A stretch of DNA of 61,618 nucleotides, counting the filler, from Stramenopiles sp. TOSAG23-3 (taxonomy: Eukaryota), in NCBI GenBank assembly GCA_900128585.1. It is 16 parts of 16 records of this genome, joined end to end, with 100 filler letters (N's around TTAATTAATTAA, not from the genome) between each part and the next. Parts side by side here need not be neighbours in the genome. Positions count along the whole stretch, not along the records: positions 54,045 to 57,781 come from LT644094.1; positions 57,882 to 61,618 come from LT644095.1; 14 more parts are not named here. One strand, written 5' to 3'. Within the stretch, counting starts at the first letter, position 1, and the number at the start of each line of letters is the position of its first letter. A program made the translations under genes and the position numbers. This document shows positions 54,443 through 61,618 of this stretch, piece by piece. The notes under the pieces were generated by a model, which saw nothing but the letters and a program-made list of their open reading frames with translations, was not told where the DNA came from and ran no database searches.

Positions 54443-57400
54443 ATGAAGCTCTATTCGCTGACCCACCGTCGCAGCAGCGCCATCGTGGGCGTCGCCAAAG
54501 GTACCTTTACGTCCAGCAGCCAAGAGCATGGCTTTGAAATTGTTGTGTCCCACGGCAATGCTATTGAACTGATCGTTACTGACACCGAAACTGGCGACTT
54601 TAAAAGCCTCTGCCACCAGCACGTCTTTGGTAACATCCGGTCGATGCGCGCCCACCGACTCTTTGAGGGCAAGTTCGACTATTTGGTCCTCGGCACGGAC
54701 AGTGGAAAATTTACCATTCTCCAGTACAATGCCGACAAAAAACGGTTCGAAACCCAAATTTCCCATACCTATGGGCACACTGGGTGCCGCAGAACAGTTG
54801 CCGGCGAGCTTCTTGCGTCTGACCCGGAAGGCAGGGCCGTCATGCTCGGGGCCTTAGAGATGCAGAAGATCGTCTATGTTCTCAGCCGAGACTCGGAAAC
54901 CCCGTTGAAGCTCGCGTCGCCGATTCAGGCAAACGAGAACCGGACCCTCACGTTTGACATTGTGGGGGTCAATGTCGGGTTTGAAAACCCAACCTTTGCT
55001 GCAATAGAGCTGAATTATGGGGAATCAGACAGAGACGAGACGGGGCAAGCCGCTGCGGTGACGAAAAAGTACTTGACCTACTACGAGTTGGACTTGAGTA
55101 GCAACAGCATCAGTAAAAAATGGAACGAGGTTACCGAGCGCAGCGCCAGCCGACTGGTCGCCGTGCCCGGCTCTGAAAATGGACCCGGCGGAATTTTAGT
55201 TTTGGGAGATGGGAACGTTAGTTACCAAAAGCCCGGGCATCCCATGCTGTCGTGCACTTTGCCGCGGCGGGGCGGTTCCACGCGGTCGGCCATGATCGTC
55301 GCATATGACGTGCACGTGCAAGCGAAGAAGTTTGGTCATTTCTTCTTCATTCTACAGAACGAGTTCGGTGATCTGTTCAAGGTCCAGCTCGAATGCAAGA
55401 ACGACTCCGTCACCGACATTTTAGCTTACTATTTTGACACCATTCCGGTAACAAATGCTATGTGCATTACCAAAAATGGCTGTCTGTTTGCTGCGAACGA
55501 CAGTGGAGATCACTTTTCCTACGTGTTTACTAGTCTGGGGGGCGAGGACGGGGAAACGGTCTCCAAAGCCAGTCAAAACCAAGGCGGTGCTGTTCCTGAA
55601 TTTGCTCTTCGGGGGTTGAAAAATTTGGAATTGTGCGATGACTCGATCCCCTCACTAGCCCCAATTTTAGAGATGCAGATCGGCGACTTTCAGTCCAAAC
55701 GCGCCCACCAAATGTTTGCCCTCTGCGGGCGCGGGCCCCGCTCGACACTCCGGGTGCTCGAACCGGGTCTCAGCGCAAGCGAACTGGCCAGTACTAGTCT
55801 TCCTGGCAACCCCTTCGGTGTGTGGACATTGAGAGAAAACGCGGAGAGTCCGAACCACAAGTATATAGTGCTCTCTTTCGTCAATGCAACCTTAGTCTTG
55901 GAGGTTGGTGAAGGGGGTAGCGTGAAAGAGTTGAAGAACAGCGACATCGAGACCGACGAGCCGACGGTGTGCGTTGGGGAAGCTGGTGCTGTGGGATTCG
56001 TCCAAATACTGAAAGACAAAGTGCGTCACGTTCGCGCGTCTGGGCAAGTGGAAGAGATTGGTTTTGATGGGCAAAATATAGAGCAGGCTGCGTTGAACCG
56101 ACGACAAATTGCACTCGCATTGACGGGGGGAACCCTCGTGTACCTGGAGATGGACGAGACTGGATCATTTCACGAAGTATCTAGGATCAATTTAAATGAG
56201 AGTGTCGTTTGCCTGGGGCTGGAAAAGATTCCTGAAGGCAGGCAGCGTACGTCCTACCTCGCAGTTGGAACGAACGCTGAGCGTGTTGGGCTGTACGCGT
56301 TAGATGTAAGCAGGATGCTCAAGCTGGTGAGCTCTCGCCACCTGCAGGCTATGCCACACTCAGTGTGCCTGGCAAAGCTGGCGTCTGGGTCTGCGTACCG
56401 TACCTTGTCCCTCAACGTTGGTTTGCGGACCGGAATGTTGATGCGCTTCAACGTTGACCATGCCTCTGGCGAGCTCTCCGGAGACCGAGAGAATCTTTTG
56501 GGAACGGGTTGCGTAGAGCTGTGCGAGCTAGAGGTGGGGGGCAACCCTGCAATAATGTCTCTATCGCCGAAACCCCATTTGCTGTACGAGCACGACGCGA
56601 AGCTGTCGTTGTCGAACCTTGCATATTCTCCGCTGGCAAATGCGGCGCCGTTCGTGTCTGAAGAATGCGAGGAAGGCTTCGTTGGGATCAACCAAGACCG
56701 TTTGTACTTCATCGCGAGCCCAGAAAATCTCAACGACGCCTTTAGCCAACAGGCCCTGCCGCTGCGCTATACCCCTCGAGGGATGTGCCAATTGGAGCTA
56801 AGCCACGAGCAGCGCACGGATAGTGATGGGACTTACGTCGTTGGGATAATCGAATCAGACCACGACGTAATGGAAGACGGGACGGGTGGGGCAACGGAAG
56901 AAGAGCTACAGAGGGAAGGCTTTGAGGGTTTTCTATCACCCCCAGATTTTGATGTCGAAGAAGGAGAAGCCGTCGTTTCGGAACAAACTGGCTATCGCCG
57001 GCCCAATTCGGGTGTCTGCTGGTCGTCCTGCCTTCGTATCATTGAGCCTAAGTCGGGCCGCACTGTCTCGTTTGAACATTTTAAGCGTGGGGAGAGCGCG
57101 GTAAGTATTGCAAACATAGTATTTGACGTCCAACAAGGGACGAGCTATATTGTTGTAGGGACCGTCGTAGAGTTGGACCAGAAAACTTCTATGCACAAGG
57201 GTGGATTTTTGCACGTGTACAAATTGTCGGACACAAAGAAGCTAGCGTTGTATCACTCCACGCACGTGGAAGACGTCCCGCTTGCCATATGTGGGTACGG
57301 TGGCCGGGTGCTGGTTTCTGTTGGACCAAAGCTTCGCCTGTACGATTTAGGAAAAAAGAAGCTGTTGAGAAAATGCCAAAGCGATGACTTTCCGAACATG

Positions 57401-57781
57401 CTGCGCACCGTTGACACCGCGGGTGGACGAATTTTTGTCGGGGACGTCCAGGAATCCATGCACTGTGTGCTCTACTCCCCAGAAACCAACACGTTTGGTA
57501 CCCTGTCGATTGACGTGATTCCCCGGTACATCACATGCGCTTGCCCGCTTGACTTTGAGACCGTGGCGGGTGGGGATAAATTTGGGAATATTTTTGTGCT
57601 TCAAATTCCCGACAACGCTAGCACTGTAGACTTTGCAACTTTGTCTGGGCCGCAAACCCTCTGGTCTGGGGATGCCGGTGAAAAGATGAACCGCTTCAAA
57701 GATTTGACACAGTTTCATGTTGGGGAGGTCATCACTTCCATAGTCAAGAAGCCGATGGTGATTGGCGGAGCCGATATCCTT
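54443..57781 (+). CDS. SF3B3: Splicing factor 3B subunit 3 (SAP130/Rse1), 3' truncated
   Basis: MKLYSLT, GCRR, DPEGRAVM, VGFENPTFAAIE, YFDTIP, CGRGPRSTLRVL, LRYTPR, LYDLGKKKLLRKC, VGDVQES, GGDKFGNIF. Confidence 0.95.
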
Positions 57782-57881
57782 NNNNNNNNNNNNNNNNNNN
57801 NNNNNNNNNNNNNNNNNNNNNNNNNTTAATTAATTAANNNNNNNNNNNNNNNNNNNNNNNNNNNNNNNNNNNNNNNNNNNN

Positions 57882-60800
57882 CCGCAAGGCACTTGGTCGA
57901 AAAATTGGGAATTGAGAGATGAAGGAGAATGTAACAGATGCCCGACTGGTATTGTGTGCCCCATCGATGGAATGACTAGACCATGTGGACAGGCGGACTT
58001 TCCTATACCATATGTCCCAACAAACGCGGGAGAATCTCAGTTCCAGTGCATCAAGAAAGCATTGCATGTTTACGGCAAGTTAATGCCTCCAATTGACCAG
58101 TTGAAAAGAGGACCAAATTTTATATCTGCTAAAATTGGAGAAGCTGGTGAGTGTTACTTCAATGAACAGCCTCTAGGTTCTGTTATTTACCAACGTTTCA
58201 AGGATTACCATGGTCCGGTTTACCCGATACAAACAAAAGGAAACTTTCACCAAGGTTATGGAGACTTGACGTATGAAGGATATTTTGGCCGCGGTTCCCT
58301 TTACATTGATCTCCCAGTAGCAAGAGTATTCAATCCTGGTCGCAATTGTACCCCAGGGTATTTCGTGTATAATGCAACGAAGTCTGCAATTGCAGGTGTG
58401 CCAGTGGATGATTGGATCGTAGGAACATGCGAAGCCGATATCTTTTGTAATTATGCCGAAGGTGCTCAGGCACAACCGTGTTCTGAAGGTTACGTATGTG
58501 ACGAAGGAACGACTGCTCTGACTGCTGTTAGCGTGTTGTGCCCAGAGGGGTTTGTGTGCGATTTTGGGACTACGCCCGATGTCGATCTGGAGGCCCCGCG
58601 GGGCAAATACACACAAATGTGCCCCCTAGGGTACCAATGTGCACCAGGTACAGGTGAAGGTCAAAAAACACGGTCCAAGTGCCCTACTGGATACTTCTGC
58701 CCATCTGGAATGGGTAGGGTAATGTATGGTCGCATGGCAAATGATGGAATCCTACGCGGGTTGTCGAGAGATGCTGTAGACCCATTCTTGGAACCTTGGA
58801 TACATGCAGATATTCTCTTGCCGGGGGAGCTCCGACCACGTAATGTGAACCAACATGATGAAAATTGCAACGACGGGATAAACCCTGAGACGCACATTGA
58901 TATTTCAAATGATAGATTAAAATTTGATTACAATCTTGTCAATAGACTAGAACACAAGACGACAAGTGGTAAAACGTATGTCACAGTAGTATTTGAAAAT
59001 GAGCCGAAGTTTAGCAGCCCATATTCCTCCCGGCCTGGTCTATGGGGTGAATTCGAAAGCGGTGCAACCCCTTCGTCTTGGATTGGTATGAGATTCGAAG
59101 CTACAAGATTTTTTACTTGTATTGGCGTAAATTGTAAAGTTAACGATGGTAGACATGCGCTTGAGTTTACGATGGATTCGAGTATTCCTGGTACACCAGA
59201 AGGCGCCTTCCCCGGTATGCTGTTCAAGTCTGTTGAACATGGGTTGGACTGGAACAGATACCCATCCCAAATCAATCTGGCAATTGAAGTGAACAAAAAA
59301 TGTGCGAGGGATCATAAATGGCGTTTGACAAAAGATTCCATCGACAGGTTAGAATGTGACTGCCACGCTCAAGTATTACGCGTTCTGGCCGTTTGGAGGC
59401 TGTGGAATTGCACCAAAGGATGGAGTCAGGAGCCGCCGTGGCCCACCGAAGTCGATCCAAACGATTGGCCACCGTGGCGGACGGGGGGAGGGCCCATGGT
59501 AGATTATGTTAAAGGGGCAACAAAGCAACAGAGATGCAGTGCAGAAATTAATTTTGATCGTTCTGACGGACTGAAGGGATATACAAATGAAGATTTTTAT
59601 GATAGTAGCTTTAAGAATGCTCCAAAAGCTGACCCGACGAGCCTGAAAGGTCGTGGCCTTCGTGTTCGAATGACATGGCTAGATTTTGAGACTTCAGATC
59701 CAACGAAGTACTGTGAGGTCACTCGATCTTGTGGCATGTGGAAATTACAACCAGGTGAACTTCCAGGGACAAAGACTTACTACGATTACGATACTCTGCG
59801 TGCGGACATAGTCGAAGAATATAAGAAGCAAAACAGCGAACGTCTGTTTGGTCCCCGTAATACGAACGGGAATGACCGATTCGATCCCTTTACGTTTGAT
59901 TTGCACTACGCGATAGAAATGATCGAAAATTATGGAGGATCGGTTCCTGAGATGATTGGGCTTCATCCTCAGAGAACGAGCGATTTATATCCTGATCAAC
60001 ATGAACCTTTCAGGCTGGATGCGTGCCTGTGTGAAATGCTGACCCGATGCCCAAACGGAACAACCAGCGTCCCCGGTGCAAAGTCAATTTACCAGTGTCA
60101 GAAGGCAAACAACGAGGTCCTGCGGAGAGTCGTTCCCGCTCCTCCTGGTAGTGTGAGCTACGATCGAGTGCTGAATGCTACTGACAGAATTGAGCTGTCT
60201 GGCACTCCTGGTGCCGGTGTGGGAACGATACCAATGCGAGGGTTCGAAGTAGCTACTTTCACTATGGATATGAGAGAATTGGCCGTTAATATGACATACG
60301 GAGAACATTACCAGTTTTCCGTCTATACCGATTGCATCCCGTGTCCAATTAGGTACCAGTGCCGTGCCGATCTGACAGGCTGTCTCTATCCTAACGAAGC
60401 GCGCCAAGAGGAAACCGGGCACATGTGCGTTGACTGTTGTATGTGCCAGCGCAAAAGAATGCCGTATTACTTTGAAGATAAAACAAATGGTCTGCCCTTT
60501 CCCTTTACTATTCCGCTCATGTACGACTTTCGATTTGACATGTACCCTGATAACAAGCACGATATTCAGCAAATAAGTATCGGTGCACTGAAGGACACTG
60601 AAATAGTATTTGCAGTCGAGCTTGTGCATGGTCTGTATTACGGTAGCTTCGCGAAAACTGTCTATGGCATTGGCTCTTTCAATATGTTTACCCCACATAG
60701 ATCAATATTTTCTAAGGCGTGCATTGAACCATGCAAATATACAGGTAAAAGTCCTTGGGCACTTGACAACGTGGAATGGGGTGGAGAAAAGTTCTTAACA

Positions 60801-61618
60801 GGAGGCATGACACCGGAAGGACAAGAGAATTGCCCCAAGGCAACAGCAGAGGGTTGCATCACTCACTCGTTTCTTGCAATAATGGATTACGCCGATTTTG
60901 ACGGGCAGTTGTTTGCCCCTTTGAATCTCCCTTTGGATGATGATAATAACGATAAATTCAACTTGGAACAAACTGTGCTAATTGATCGAATAGCTGATTG
61001 GTGGGTCGGCGATCCACTCTATGAACCCGCCATATTGAACGACTCGAATAGAACAAAATATAGCCCCATGTTGATTACTGGAGACGAAGGGGTAAATGAG
61101 ACTCTTGACGGCAAGATTGTTCGCCCAGACGGGTTCCTCCAGCGGTTTGCAAAACGAGACTCGTTGCTTGTCCGGGCAGTAGATAGCACATGGTGGGTTA
61201 AAGCAGAAGGAGATAGGGGCGTGGCAGTTTTGGCCCTTCCATACCTACCATTCTTTTCAAATTGTAGAGGCTATGACAATCACATTTATATATCAAAATT
61301 GTTAGAGAACCATCCAAATTGTACGAGAAAGAGGCACAGTGATGTGCAGAAAGTAGATCCCATATTTTTCGATGGAGACCTCGGACCAATCGAAGTTCCC
61401 CAGGCTGACGAATGTTCGTTGAACAAGCCACAACACGGCGCCTTGCGGGAGCAATGGGGTCAAGGAGCCGACAACTTTCCTCCAGATAAAATTATGAACG
61501 AGGAGAATCCAGATTATATAGAGGGAAGGATAGGGCCAAACGATTTGGATCCATATGAAGTGTATTCTACTCGGAACAATATGGAAGGGCATGCAGAAAA
61601 TAGCGGGATAAAGCTTTC
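57882..61618 (+). CDS. Internal part of a very large Cys-repeat (GCC2/GCC3-like) surface or membrane protein, truncated at both ends
   Basis: Frame from 57882 reads PQGTWSKNWELRDEGECNRCPTGIVCP...CSEGYVC...CPEGFVC...CPLGYQC...CPTGYFCP; the same frame near 61200 reads LALPYLPFFSNCRGYDNHIYISKLLENHPNC. Confidence 0.85.

Larger units (their letters stand above)
3778..57881. other. 15 artificial 100-nt contig linkers (N44-TTAATTAATTAA-N44) at 3778, 7655, 11531, 15395, 19258, 23121, 26984, 30844, 34703, 38561, 42417, 46264, 50106, 53945 and 57782
   Basis: Identical six-frame stop linker each time; contig lengths fall from 3777 to 3737 without ever increasing. Confidence 0.98.

Noticed and set aside
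313-57781. Alternative genetic code or stop-codon readthrough
   Set aside because: Conserved genes read through without internal stops, and TAA, TAG and TGA all occur as normal terminators.

Overview
This is eukaryotic protist DNA in the standard genetic code, with GC-richer, almost intron-free coding regions and AT-rich, microsatellite-rich spacers. It is probably a heterotrophic stramenopile-like lineage (inference). The window is not one locus. It is 16 unrelated contigs of about 3.74-3.78 kb, sorted by decreasing length and joined by 100-nt N44-TTAATTAATTAA-N44 linkers, so gene neighbourhood only means something within a contig. Recognisable genes: OST48/WBP1, a PX-domain SGK-like kinase, PAQR, phosphoserine phosphatase, a TTL-family ligase, GT34 and GT41 glycosyltransferases, CTC1, an AT-1/SLC33A1-like transporter, cyclophilin, Polo-like kinase, SF3B3, and a large Cys-repeat protein missing from the ORF track. 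Four proteins have unusual architectures: (1) kinesin motor + alpha/beta-hydrolase + transglutaminase-like Cys-His-Asp domain; (2) Zn finger + RRM + TET/JBP-like 2OG-Fe(II) dioxygenase; (3) a TTL-type ATP-grasp ligase with a membrane anchor; (4) a bacterial-type hydrolase with a myristoylation motif. A TAGTCGTCTA-type motif recurs in the intergenic DNA of independent contigs. All family assignments come from motif recognition by eye; no database searches were run.
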